This document shows positions 21,874 through 31,695 of a stretch of 64,000 nucleotides of DNA, one piece after another (the first letter of the stretch is position 1; each line of letters begins with the position of its first letter). The translations under genes were made by a program, and so were the position numbers. Under the pieces are notes generated by a model. It was not told the DNA's origin and did not search any database. It was given only the letters and a program-made list of their open reading frames with translations. The stretch spans positions 1,152,001 through 1,216,000 of the forward strand of contig CAXXTU010000002.1 of assembly GCA_963662655.2 (NCBI GenBank). Reading direction: 5' to 3'. The DNA is from Candidatus Cloacimonadales bacterium (GTDB lineage Bacteria; Cloacimonadota; Cloacimonadia; Cloacimonadales; JAIOQZ01).

Positions 21874-23202
21874 CTATTCCCCTGCGATTAGCTTGATGAA
21901 GTTGGTGGATACACTTACGAACCATCCAACGGATGTTTCCTTTTCAGTGAGATCCCCTTCGGCCAGCGATCCCTTCTCGATCAACTCACCCTCGGAGTAA
22001 CGTTGCTTCAGCACATCCGTCTGCCCAATCGCCACACCGCCACTGAGCGCGAGGATATCCTTGGGTCCCCAGATAAAACCAACGCCGGCAAAGACGCGAC
22101 TTTTATCGATCTGCCCCTCTTCAAATCCGAAGCCGAAGTTCAGGTTGAATTTCCAATACCAGTCGGTGCGGCACGTATAGTGGAACATCGCTCCGTAGGT
22201 GAGTTTCTGCTTCTTGTTATCGCGATTGCGCCTGATAACCATAAGCGTATCGTTCTCCGTCTTGTCCAGCCGGTAGGATTTGTCGTATAAATCTCCCACG
22301 AAAAAGAAACCGGCAGTTACAAACTGCTGGCTCCCGCCCCGCGTCTCAATCTGAAACTCGATCGGAATGGGCGTTTGCTTCACCCTGTCCTTAAACTCCT
22401 CACGCACGACCGGCTGCACCTTGATCGCCACGACATCGCAGTCAGCCTTGATGAGATTCGATGAATAGGTGAAATCATTCTCGCTGATCTTCTTGTATCG
22501 ATTAAAGGCCAATTCTGTTTTTATAACATCAATGCTATCAAGCTCCTTTTTCATTTTCTCTAGGTTCTCTATAATCTTATTTGAATGATCGTTATTTATT
22601 GATTGTAGTTCAATTACTTGATTCGATATATCTGATCTTAATGTTCCAATTGTTGACACATTTTCATTAGCAAGGCTATCCATCGTCGTTCTAATAATTG
22701 CCAGGATTTTTTTTGGATCTTCACCTGAAATCAATTGTTCTCTGCACATATTTATCGCATTAATTATATCATTGATCTTCTCATATCTTGAACGCAGAAT
22801 ATCAACCTGTTCAATTACCCCTACTACATCACGCTCATTAACTTTATCCTGTTTCAACGCTTTTAGTTCATCCGCAAAACCATTTATGTTAAAATCGAGA
22901 CTCGCAGACTTCCCTTTTAAAAAACTTCCCGCAGGATCTAATGCGGTTGAATAGTTCAAGCCTTCGCTAGTAATTTCATAGTTATACACAAATGGGTTCG
23001 CGTTCTTGAGCTTCAAGGTGAACTGCTTATTGTAACTTGCGACCATTTCACCAGGATTGTTTTCTCCGTTTATTGTGTACTCGATGGGTGTTTTACTGCC
23101 CCTTGCTTTGAAACATGCACAGGACATACAAGAACAAATCAGCAGCAGCACAAGAAACCTGAGGACGATTTTTACAAGTAAACTAGCCTTACCAAAGCGC
23201 AT
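21874..23202 (-). CDS. Hypothetical exported protein (helical middle, beta-rich C-terminus)
   Basis: Long ORF; RBS AGGGGG before MRFGKA; hydrophobic Cys-containing N-terminus; no recognised family. Confidence 0.65.
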   Translation of the reverse strand: MRFGKASLLVKIVLRFLVLLLICSCMSCACFKARGSKTPIEYTINGENNPGEMVASYNKQFTLKLKNANPFVYNYEITSEGLNYSTALDPAGSFLKGKSASLDFNINGFADELKALKQDKVNERDVVGVIEQVDILRSRYEKINDIINAINMCREQLISGEDPKKILAIIRTTMDSLANENVSTIGTLRSDISNQVIELQSINNDHSNKIIENLEKMKKELDSIDVIKTELAFNRYKKISENDFTYSSNLIKADCDVVAIKVQPVVREEFKDRVKQTPIPIEFQIETRGGSQQFVTAGFFFVGDLYDKSYRLDKTENDTLMVIRRNRDNKKQKLTYGAMFHYTCRTDWYWKFNLNFGFGFEEGQIDKSRVFAGVGFIWGPKDILALSGGVAIGQTDVLKQRYSEGELIEKGSLAEGDLTEKETSVGWFVSVSTNFIKLIAGE

Positions 23203-23572
23203 AATTCCCCCTTGAGTAGTCAGTATATACATAAAATTCAAGAATATTGCATTCTCCTATTTACCATCTGATACAATGAGGCCAAAGAAATAATCACAAT
23301 GTCAATAAATATAATTTTTGTTACCAGAGAGTGCCTTACAAGAAACATGGTTCCAATTACTTACACACCCACATTAATTTCATGAGTCTTCCTCATTCTT
23401 AATTTTTCCGCGCAAGTTGCGGTGATTCGGATCGATCGGCGAGTATTACGTGCAAATCGAGCGCTGATCGCTTGAGCGGAAAAAAGTTCGCACCTTGGGG
23501 AAATATTTTCTCCCTGCTGGGCGCAACATCACGGAAACAGGCTTATAATCACCCATTTCCATGCGCTTCGAT

Positions 23573-23588
23573 TGGCATCGCGATTGCA
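23573..23588 (+). promoter_or_regulatory. Sigma-54 -24/-12 promoter upstream of fliD
   Basis: TGGCAT-CGCGA-TTGCA with canonical GG-N10-GC spacing. Confidence 0.7.
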
Positions 23589-23643
23589 AAATTAAAGGCG
23601 GCGGGGTCTGACATGGCTCCGCGAAAGAAAGTGCGGATTTTTC

Positions 23644-23671
23644 TAAAGAATGGATGTCTCACGTACGATAT
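23644..23671 (+). promoter_or_regulatory. Sigma-28-like promoter upstream of fliD
   Basis: TAAAG-N15-TACGATAT just before RBS GGAGG. Confidence 0.55.
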
Positions 23672-23688
23672 ATTACTGGAGGTAGAAG

Positions 23689-26031
23689 ATGTCTGGAACC
23701 ATAACTTTTTCAGGACTCTCATCGGGTATCGATTTTGATTCGATGATCGATGAGCTTGTCGAAGCTGAAAAATACCAGGCTCGCCAGCTTGAAGACTGGA
23801 AGGGAGAGTGGGAGGAGAAGATCGATCTCCTCGCGGAGTTGCGCACGAAGTTTGCCAGCCTCGACACCACCATGACAAAACTCAGTTCACCGTCATCATT
23901 CTGGAAGCGGCTTGCGAACACCACGAACGATAACATCGCCACGATCGCGGTGGATAGCAGTGCGCAGCCGGGAACGTATTCAATCGAAGTGGGAAGCAAC
24001 ATCCAGCACATCTACTCCAGCAGGGGTTACTCCGCAGCTTCCGACATTGCGCTCAACGATGTCACGGAGTTTTTCACCGTATCGGTCGGTGGTACGGATA
24101 TTGGTACCATCGATGGCACCGGCGGCAAGACACTGGACGACATTGCCGCTGAAATCGACGCAATGGACGGTGTTAGCGCTGAGGTTATCAACGACGGCTC
24201 CTCCAGCAACGCGTATCGCCTCCAGATTACCGCGGACGATGGCGGAAGCGCGAATGAAATCACCGTAACGCAGACCAATACCGATGTATTCAGCGTTGGC
24301 ATCGACGATGTTGAAGTTATCGATGACAAAGGTGGCGACACATTCAACGTCAATTCCGGTGCAGGAAACTATTCAGGCTATGTGAATAAACGATTCAATT
24401 TCGAAGTCGTCGAAGGCGGGGAAATCGGAACCGACGAAATCAAGATCAAATGGACCGACGATGTTGAAGGCAGGTCGGGAACCATGACCATCGACGGCGC
24501 AGGAACTTATGCCGTAACGCAGGGTATCGAGCTGACATTCGCTGCCGGCGAGACCTACGAGGAAGACGCGCTGTTCGCCGTGGATGTGTTCCATCAGGAT
24601 TTCCAGAAGGCTCAGGATAGCGGCCTGGCATCCGCCGAGAAGGAAGTACACTCCGGCATGGCCGACCGCGATACTACGCCCGTTACGACCACCGATGCAA
24701 CATTCAGCTACACTTATGCCGGCCGATCCGGCGGTTCCGTCACCGTTGAGGCGGGAACGACGCTGGAAGAGCTTGCGGAAAAGATCAATAGCGACCCCAA
24801 GAATCCGGGCGTAAAGGCAACCATCGTCAACGACGGAACAGGCGCGCCTAACGCGTACCACCTCGTCCTGACCTCCACCAAAACCGGCGCGGCCAACAAG
24901 ATCGATAACATCGATTTCTCGTCGTTCACCGGAAGCGGCTTCGCATCGGGATCATTCACCGAGACCCAGAGCGCTACCAACGCGATGGTCAAGCTCGACG
25001 GATACCCCTCCGGAAGCGTGTACCTGCAGAATAACACCAACCTTTATAGCGATCTGATCGACGGTGCGTCCGTCACGATAAAATCCGTCGGTACAACCGA
25101 GCTCTCCATCGAAAACGACGTCGACTCCATGGTCTCCCTTGTTAAGGATTTCGTGGACGGCTACAACGAAGTGATGGGCTACATCAACGAAATCACCGAA
25201 GTGAATCCGAAGGAAGAGATTTCTGTCTACTCATCGGACGATGAAGAGGCCGACACATCGAGCCAGAATCAATCGGCCGCCCTCGCGGGTAACTATACAT
25301 TGTTCCTCATGGAGAGCAACCTGAAGAACTTCCTCGTTACCCGTGCCGAAGGCTACGAGGATGGCGAAGATCCCTACCTCCTTCTCTCGCAGCTCGGGAT
25401 ATCCACCAGTGACGACGACCTGCTCGAGTTCGACGAAGACGAGCTCCGCGATGCCATCAACGAAGACCCGGAATCCGTGGTCAGCTATTTCTCCGACAAC
25501 AAGGTCGGCGTTGTGGACAGCTCCGATGTCGCATACTATGGGGGAACCAGCAGCACCCAGCCGGGATCTTACCACTATAAAATCGTTGTTGACGCCAGTG
25601 GAACCCCGACAAGCGGCCTGCTCTGGAAAGACGGCGAAACGGAAGCAGATGCGATTACTCTGGCAATCAGCGGAAACAAGCTTACTGCAATGTCCGGCGA
25701 CGCCAAAGGTATGGCGTTGGAAATGTTGAGTTTAGACGAAGGAACTTATGATGGAACCGTCCGTGTTAAATATGGAAAATCACATGAATTCGACGACCTC
25801 ATGGACGATATTCTCAACGAAGAAGACGGAATGATTAAAGTTCTCGAGAGAAGCTACGAGAATATAATAGATAACATTGACACGAAGATCGCAAGGGAAT
25901 TGGATCGAGTGGCGCTGGTCGAGAACCGGTACCGCACACGATTTGCCAATCTGGAAACTACGCTGACGAACTATAACGGACAGCTCGACGAGCTCCAGCA
26001 GCAGATAGCTTCCATCCCGTCGATAGGATAA
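23689..26031 (+). CDS. fliD: Flagellar filament cap protein FliD (long form)
   Basis: ITFSGLSSGIDFDSMIDELVEAE; FVDGYN; LSQLGI..LEFDE; C-terminal RYRTRFANLE. Confidence 0.93.
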   Translation: MSGTITFSGLSSGIDFDSMIDELVEAEKYQARQLEDWKGEWEEKIDLLAELRTKFASLDTTMTKLSSPSSFWKRLANTTNDNIATIAVDSSAQPGTYSIEVGSNIQHIYSSRGYSAASDIALNDVTEFFTVSVGGTDIGTIDGTGGKTLDDIAAEIDAMDGVSAEVINDGSSSNAYRLQITADDGGSANEITVTQTNTDVFSVGIDDVEVIDDKGGDTFNVNSGAGNYSGYVNKRFNFEVVEGGEIGTDEIKIKWTDDVEGRSGTMTIDGAGTYAVTQGIELTFAAGETYEEDALFAVDVFHQDFQKAQDSGLASAEKEVHSGMADRDTTPVTTTDATFSYTYAGRSGGSVTVEAGTTLEELAEKINSDPKNPGVKATIVNDGTGAPNAYHLVLTSTKTGAANKIDNIDFSSFTGSGFASGSFTETQSATNAMVKLDGYPSGSVYLQNNTNLYSDLIDGASVTIKSVGTTELSIENDVDSMVSLVKDFVDGYNEVMGYINEITEVNPKEEISVYSSDDEEADTSSQNQSAALAGNYTLFLMESNLKNFLVTRAEGYEDGEDPYLLLSQLGISTSDDDLLEFDEDELRDAINEDPESVVSYFSDNKVGVVDSSDVAYYGGTSSTQPGSYHYKIVVDASGTPTSGLLWKDGETEADAITLAISGNKLTAMSGDAKGMALEMLSLDEGTYDGTVRVKYGKSHEFDDLMDDILNEEDGMIKVLERSYENIIDNIDTKIARELDRVALVENRYRTRFANLETTLTNYNGQLDELQQQIASIPSIG

Positions 26032-26052
26032 CCGAAAGTCACAGGGGGAAAA

Positions 26053-26487
26053 ATGGATCAACGGCTTCAGACATACAAGCAGGTCAACGTCAACACGATG
26101 AATCGCGGAAAAATAGTTGTCATGCTGTTCTCAGGAGCCATCACGTTTCTCGGCAAGGCCAAGTTCTACGCCGAGAAGAATGATTTCTTCAACAAGGGTA
26201 AGTACATCACCAAGGCTCAGAACATTATCGACGAGCTGAACTACTCTCTGGATATGGACAAGGGTCAGGAGATTTCGAAGAACCTCCGTTCGATCTATGT
26301 ATTTCTATCCAGATACCTTACCCAGGCAAACGCGAAGAACGATCCGCAAATGCTCACGCGTTCCATCGGGATTCTCCAGAATCTCAAGGATGCGTTCAGC
26401 GAGATCGTCAACAATCCGGATTACGCGGAAGCGCAAACCGTTAACAAGAGAGAGATGGTGCAAAATGCGATCCGGCGTTGGGTATAA
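26053..26487 (+). CDS. fliS: Flagellin export chaperone FliS
   Basis: YKQVNVNT..GKIVVMLFSGAI..KAQNIIDELNYSLDMDKGQEISKNLRSIY; follows fliD. Confidence 0.95.
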   Translation: MDQRLQTYKQVNVNTMNRGKIVVMLFSGAITFLGKAKFYAEKNDFFNKGKYITKAQNIIDELNYSLDMDKGQEISKNLRSIYVFLSRYLTQANAKNDPQMLTRSIGILQNLKDAFSEIVNNPDYAEAQTVNKREMVQNAIRRWV

Positions 26488-26539
26488 TTTACTTGACCGA
26501 TTGCAGGTTGCATAGTACTCTGTTCTTGTGGAGGTCGTT

Positions 26540-27067
26540 ATGACTGTCGATAAGGTGATTAATCATATCGGTACACAATCCGTGGCGCAGGAACGCCTGA
26601 AAGAGGCCGCGGAAAAAAGCAGCTTAAAGAAACAAGATAAAGTTAGCCAGTCGGAGATTACCTCCGAGCAGGATCGTGCGGAATTCTCGGACCAAGCCAA
26701 ACAACTGCAGGAGACTGAGAAGATATTGCAGTTCGCGCTCGAGAAACTCGAGAAATACGACGAGGTTCGCAACGACAAGCTTGTCGATGTTCAAGACAGG
26801 CTCGACAGCGATTATTATTTTGGCGATGACATCGACGAGCAAATCTCCGAGAAGATCATTTCTCCCCGGGAACTTCTGAACACCGTGCGTAACAACATGG
26901 AAGTTCGGGAGTACATGGATCGCTTCAAGGAGATGGATTCCATCGAAGAAGATATCGATCAGGAGAAACTGATCGAGATCCGTAATCGCGTCGCCCAAGG
27001 TTATTACGACGATCCTGAAGTCCTGAATCAGACCGCTGACCGCATCCTTGAATTGCTGCGCGGATAA
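26540..27067 (+). CDS. FlgM-like anti-sigma-28 factor with duplicated C-terminal motif
   Basis: DRAEFSDQAKQL then EVRNDKLVDVQDRLDSDYY and DQEKLIEIRNRVAQGYY...TADRIL; RBS GGAGG; flagellar context. Confidence 0.6.
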   Translation: MTVDKVINHIGTQSVAQERLKEAAEKSSLKKQDKVSQSEITSEQDRAEFSDQAKQLQETEKILQFALEKLEKYDEVRNDKLVDVQDRLDSDYYFGDDIDEQISEKIISPRELLNTVRNNMEVREYMDRFKEMDSIEEDIDQEKLIEIRNRVAQGYYDDPEVLNQTADRILELLRG

Positions 27068-27078
27068 GATGGCGTAAC

Positions 27079-27528
27079 TTGAAAGAAGTTCACTTCAAGC
27101 TATTGAAGCGCTATATTGACGAGCTGATCGTCAAACAAGGGATTCTTCACGTGGAGAATCCCGACGTTATTGTGGAAAAGGTCAAGATCGACTTCCTCGT
27201 CAAGCTCGCTTTTCGATTCTACGGTAAACTCTATCGCGGCGACGTGCCCCACATCTACCTGAATCAGTGGGAATGGTTTCGCTGCACAGCATGCGAAACA
27301 CCCTGCGAGGCGTTCAAGCATTTTACCGGAAGCAATGACGAAAATCGTGAAATCCCCCGACATTGCCCATTGGGCAGAAATTCGGAAGCAACCATCCACT
27401 GTTGTAACTGCGGAAACGAGTTTGTAAGCCTCAAACCGGAGAACAAACAACTCTACATGCCGCTGTGTGACGAATGTGTTGACGTGATCGGCGAAGAGAT
27501 GGAAATCTGGGGACGCCTTTTCGATTAG
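27079..27528 (+). CDS. Hypothetical Cys-rich, putatively metal-binding protein
   Basis: CTACETPC, HCP, CCNC, CDEC; 11 bp after previous stop; TTG start. Confidence 0.55.
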   Translation: MKEVHFKLLKRYIDELIVKQGILHVENPDVIVEKVKIDFLVKLAFRFYGKLYRGDVPHIYLNQWEWFRCTACETPCEAFKHFTGSNDENREIPRHCPLGRNSEATIHCCNCGNEFVSLKPENKQLYMPLCDECVDVIGEEMEIWGRLFD

Positions 27529-27839
27529 GCCGTTTCCGTTTCAGCACACTTTTTATCTTGTTTGATCCGATAAACATCGGGAACGACTCTACGATTAGCC
27601 TGCCTCACACAGATAACTTCCAAGAACAGGTATATCCCAATAGAAAAGCACTCCATCAAACTTGGAGGTTGAATCCATCCTCAATCCTTCCTTCGTGACA
27701 CCTGAGCCTACATCAATCTGTCACTCTGATGCTGTGTGTTTTGCAAAGCAAAACACGGATTCTTCAAAGAGTCGAAGGGGCATTCAATGATGAATCCATC
27801 CGTCGATCCTGTTGAGAGATTCAATAAATCTCGCTTCGA

Positions 27840-29510
27840 CTAAAACAATCCCTTTATCTCTCCGTTATCATCCACATCGATGCTTAGCGCCGAAGGCTTC
27901 TTGGGAAGCCCGGGCATTCGCATGATGTCGCCGGTGATCGGAATCAAGAATCCCGCCCCAGAAGCCACAAGTATCTCCCGAACAGTCACCAGGAAATCCT
28001 TGGGCCTGCCCAGCAACTTCGGGTTGTCGGATAGTGACTTCTGCGTCTTCGCGATGCAGATGGGCAGGTGCTCCAGACCGTACTTCTGTATCTTCTTCAA
28101 GTCCTGTTTTGCCTGCGGTGTGAGATCGATGCTCTCCGCTCCGTAAATCTCGCTGGCCACCTTGAACATCTTCTTCTCGAAGGGGAGATTCCAGTCGTAC
28201 AGCGGGTTGAGCCGGCAGTAGTCGTTATCTACGAGATCGATGACCTTCTCGGCCAGCTCGATTCCGCCCTTGCCGCCCTGTCCCCAGAAATCGACGACGC
28301 TCGCTCCGAAATCCTGCCCGGCGGCATAGCTTCTCACCATCTCGAGCTCCTCCTCGGTATCCGTGGCAAAGCGGTTAATGGCCACCACTGATTTCATACC
28401 GAACTTGCGGATGTTCTCCAGGTGCTTGCCGAGATTCTCGAGCCCGGCCTCGAGCGCTTCCATGTCAGGCTCGTTCAGATTTTTCAGCGACGCCCCGCCG
28501 TGGTGTTTCAGCGCTCGCACCGTCGCCACAAGTACGACGGCATTTGTGCAAAACTGGCCGTACGGACACACGATGTCGAAGAACTTCTCCGCACCAAGGT
28601 CGAATCCGAATCCCGCCTCTGTCACAACGTAATCCGCCAGCCTGAGCGCGGTCTTGGTCGCGATGATGCTGTTGGTTCCCTGCGCGATGTTCGCGAACGG
28701 GCCTCCGTGAACGAAAGCCGGCGTGTTCTCGATCGTTTGCACGAGGTTGGGCTTGAGCGCATCCTTGAGCAGCGCGGTGATCGATCCCTCGAACCCAAGC
28801 TCCCTCACCAGAACCGGCTTCCCGTCGTATGTGTAGCCGACAGTGATATTGCCGATGCGCTCCTTGAGCTGCCTGAGGTTGTTCGAGAGGCACAGGATCG
28901 CCATGATCTCCGAGGCCGGCGTGATATCAAAGCCGTCCTCGCGCGGGATTCCCTGGCTCTTGCCGCCCAGGCCGATCACAACGTCGCGCAGCGAACGGTC
29001 GTTCACATCCAGCACCCTCTTCCAGGTGATGCGGCGCGGATCGAGCCCAAGTTCGTTATCGTTGTATACGTAGTTGTCGATGAGCGCGGCGAGAGTGTTG
29101 TTCGCCGCCGTGATGGCGTGCATGTCGCCGGTGAAGTGCAGGTTGATATCCTCCATGGGCAGCACCTGTGAGTAGCCGCCACCGGCTGCCCCGCCCTTGA
29201 TCCCGAAAACCGGTCCCAGGGATGGCTCCCTGATCGCGACGATGGTCTTCTTCCCCACCTGATTCAGCGCCTGGGCGAGTCCGATCGAGTTGGTAGTCTT
29301 GCCCTCACCGGCAGGCGTGGGCGTAATCGCGGAAACCAGAATGAGCTTCCCGAACGGCTTGTCTCTAATGCGGTCAAGCGCTTCATACTTGATCTTCGCT
29401 TTGTAGTCGCCGTAAAGTTCCAAATCCTCTGGCTGAAGGCCGATCTGCTGGGCAATCTCGGTAATGGGCTTAAGTTTCGCCTTTTGAGCGATATCGATAT
29501 CGGAGAGCAT
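27840..29510 (-). CDS. fhs: Formate-tetrahydrofolate ligase
   Basis: TPTPAGEGKTT, GIKGGAAGGGY, VHGGPFANIA, VVTEAGFG, MRMPGLP. Confidence 0.98.
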   Translation of the reverse strand: MLSDIDIAQKAKLKPITEIAQQIGLQPEDLELYGDYKAKIKYEALDRIRDKPFGKLILVSAITPTPAGEGKTTNSIGLAQALNQVGKKTIVAIREPSLGPVFGIKGGAAGGGYSQVLPMEDINLHFTGDMHAITAANNTLAALIDNYVYNDNELGLDPRRITWKRVLDVNDRSLRDVVIGLGGKSQGIPREDGFDITPASEIMAILCLSNNLRQLKERIGNITVGYTYDGKPVLVRELGFEGSITALLKDALKPNLVQTIENTPAFVHGGPFANIAQGTNSIIATKTALRLADYVVTEAGFGFDLGAEKFFDIVCPYGQFCTNAVVLVATVRALKHHGGASLKNLNEPDMEALEAGLENLGKHLENIRKFGMKSVVAINRFATDTEEELEMVRSYAAGQDFGASVVDFWGQGGKGGIELAEKVIDLVDNDYCRLNPLYDWNLPFEKKMFKVASEIYGAESIDLTPQAKQDLKKIQKYGLEHLPICIAKTQKSLSDNPKLLGRPKDFLVTVREILVASGAGFLIPITGDIMRMPGLPKKPSALSIDVDDNGEIKGLF

Positions 29511-29901
29511 AGAACCTCCTTGCTCTAATTTTCTCTGTTATGAACAAACACAATTTCCGCTCTGACAGACCATAGAAGGAAAATCAGAAGAGGCGGAAAT
29601 TTTTCTCAGAGAGGCATCTCCGTTTGAACAGCCAGAGAAATTATGGCTTTTCAAACGGAAAACGTATTACACCTTTTCAAGAATTCGTATAAATAGGATA
29701 ATCAAATACTTGACCCTAACAAATTTTTTACATTCCGCATGCCCCTGATTTATCCTGAGGCCCGTTCAGGCACCCTGACGCATTCAATATTATGAATCTC
29801 GATATTGATTTTCTCAATATCTTTCTTGATTTATTTTATTTTCTCCTTGACATATTCAATCCACCATACACTTTTGCCTCAGATATCTAATGGAGGTTCT
29901 C

Positions 29902-30261
29902 ATGAACAAGAGACTCAGACAGTGTCCGGTATGCAATCAAGCGCTCGATATTGTAGAATACCACTGCCCGTCATGCGACATCACCATCCGCGGAAAATTC
30001 GGTATTGGCGAGCTCGCAGCTCTTTCGCAAGCGCAGCAGGAATTCGTTAAGGTATTCATCTGCTGCGGAGGAAACATCAAGGAAGTTGAAAAACGTCTGA
30101 AAATATCCTACCCTACCGTAAAGAACCGTCTGGCCGAGGTCGCATCATTCTTGTGCGACGACAGCCCTGAAGAAGATTACAGCGACGTCTTGAACGAAAT
30201 CAGCGAAGGAAACATCAGCGTGGACGACGCGCTGAAACGACTCGAGAAAACCCGGAGGTAA
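29902..30261 (+). CDS. DUF2089-family protein (zinc ribbon + HTH + SHOCT-like tail)
   Basis: CPVC...CPSC..IRGKF; GNIKEVEKRLKISYPTVKNRL; EGNISVDDAL. Confidence 0.88.
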   Translation: MNKRLRQCPVCNQALDIVEYHCPSCDITIRGKFGIGELAALSQAQQEFVKVFICCGGNIKEVEKRLKISYPTVKNRLAEVASFLCDDSPEEDYSDVLNEISEGNISVDDALKRLEKTRR

Positions 30262-30263
30262 CA

Positions 30264-31682
30264 ATGCAAAAGTTGGAACACAAGCAAAATATAAGCGTAA
30301 AAGCGGAACCCACGATCAACATCGAATCGGAAAACCTCGGTGTGAAAATTACCCAGAGCGACGAACAGGAAGTCGTGCTGAAGGCGGAACTGGAATTCAT
30401 CCCGCGGCACACCGATACCGAGATTACCATCGAGGATTTTATCACAATGAAATACGATTGCGAGTCGAACGAGGTATCGGTAGAAATCGAGCACCCGGAG
30501 GTGCGCAAACTCACTGGCAAGATCGAGCTTTCCATCCCCGCGAGCTCGAAGCTGAACGTCGAAATGGAGAACGGCTCCGTTCATTTGAGAGAGCTCATCG
30601 TCACCGGCACGGTCGAGACGGAGAACGGCTCAATCCGCTTCGATAAAATCGATGGCGACATCAAGCTTATGACCGAGAACGGCCAGATTGTCGGCGAGAA
30701 GCTCAAGGGAAATCTGGAAATCGAAACCGAGAACGGCTCCTGCAAGATCGGCGAATGCGAGGGCGGCACAATCAAGATGGTTACCGAGAATGGATCCATC
30801 TCAGCCGCGCGCATGCTGTACGGTTCCGCGACCGTCGAAACGGAAAACGGAAAGATTTTCTACGACTTCATTCCGGTGGAGTCGGGCGAGTTCGACTTCA
30901 AATCGGAGAACGGTAAAATCCAGCTCATCATTCCGGAGGAGATCGAATACGACATCCGCGCATCCACCTGCAACGGCAGATTCTACGTGGGCGTCGAAGG
31001 CGACTACCGCATCAACAATACGGACTTCGGCAAGGAAATCAACAAGGTCAAGGGAAGCGGCAAGGTGAAAATCGACGCCGAAACGAACAACGGCTCCATC
31101 ATCCTGATGAACCAGTATCAGAAGCAGGACGAGTGGCAGAAGATCAACTGGTCGCACCACGTGAACAAGAACATGAAGAACGCGCTCGGGGTTGTCTCGA
31201 AAGTCATCGGAAGGATCGGAAGCGAACTGGAAAACGTCGACATCAACATCTCCCCCGAAGATCAGCAGAAAGTGATCCAGAAAATCCATATCGTTGGTGA
31301 AAAAATCAATCAGGCCGCCGAGAACATCCAGAGAAAGGCGCAGATCAGCTCCGAGAAGCTCGAAGGGCTCGACGAATTGGGCGCCGACCTCGAGAAGCTT
31401 GGCGCAGAGCTGAAAATCAAGCTCTCCGGCCTGGGCAAGGACATTTCCGAGTCTGTCCAAAAGGAGTTCAGCGATCTCCAGGATTCACCCGAATGGCAGA
31501 CCATCGTCAAGCGAGTGAAGCGCGTAAAGCGGCACGAACACCACGCGCATCACGACCATCAAAGGCGCCACGAGCACAAGGTCGAGGATGTTCAGCAGAG
31601 TCGCCTGCAGATACTCCAGATGCTGCAGGAAGGCAAGCTGTCTGTCGAAGAGGCCGAAAAGCTCCTCAAGGCTATCGATTAA
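30264..31682 (+). CDS. DUF4097 (toastrack/YvlB-like) beta-repeat protein with SHOCT-like tail
   Basis: Repeated (T/M/S)ENG turns; C-terminal RLQILQMLQEGKLSVEEAEKLL. Confidence 0.8.
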   Translation: MQKLEHKQNISVKAEPTINIESENLGVKITQSDEQEVVLKAELEFIPRHTDTEITIEDFITMKYDCESNEVSVEIEHPEVRKLTGKIELSIPASSKLNVEMENGSVHLRELIVTGTVETENGSIRFDKIDGDIKLMTENGQIVGEKLKGNLEIETENGSCKIGECEGGTIKMVTENGSISAARMLYGSATVETENGKIFYDFIPVESGEFDFKSENGKIQLIIPEEIEYDIRASTCNGRFYVGVEGDYRINNTDFGKEINKVKGSGKVKIDAETNNGSIILMNQYQKQDEWQKINWSHHVNKNMKNALGVVSKVIGRIGSELENVDINISPEDQQKVIQKIHIVGEKINQAAENIQRKAQISSEKLEGLDELGADLEKLGAELKIKLSGLGKDISESVQKEFSDLQDSPEWQTIVKRVKRVKRHEHHAHHDHQRRHEHKVEDVQQSRLQILQMLQEGKLSVEEAEKLLKAID

Positions 31683-31695
31683 CGCAAGGGAGAAC

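Noticed and set aside
27530..27840. ncRNA in the gap before fhs (GTGTTTTGC/GCAAAACAC hairpin, TGAATCCATCC twice)
   Set aside because: Short features compatible with terminator-type hairpins or chance; no second copy or family match
29730..29790. THF, ZTP or TPP riboswitch call for fhs
   Set aside because: Only fragmentary resemblance; key consensus segments are missing
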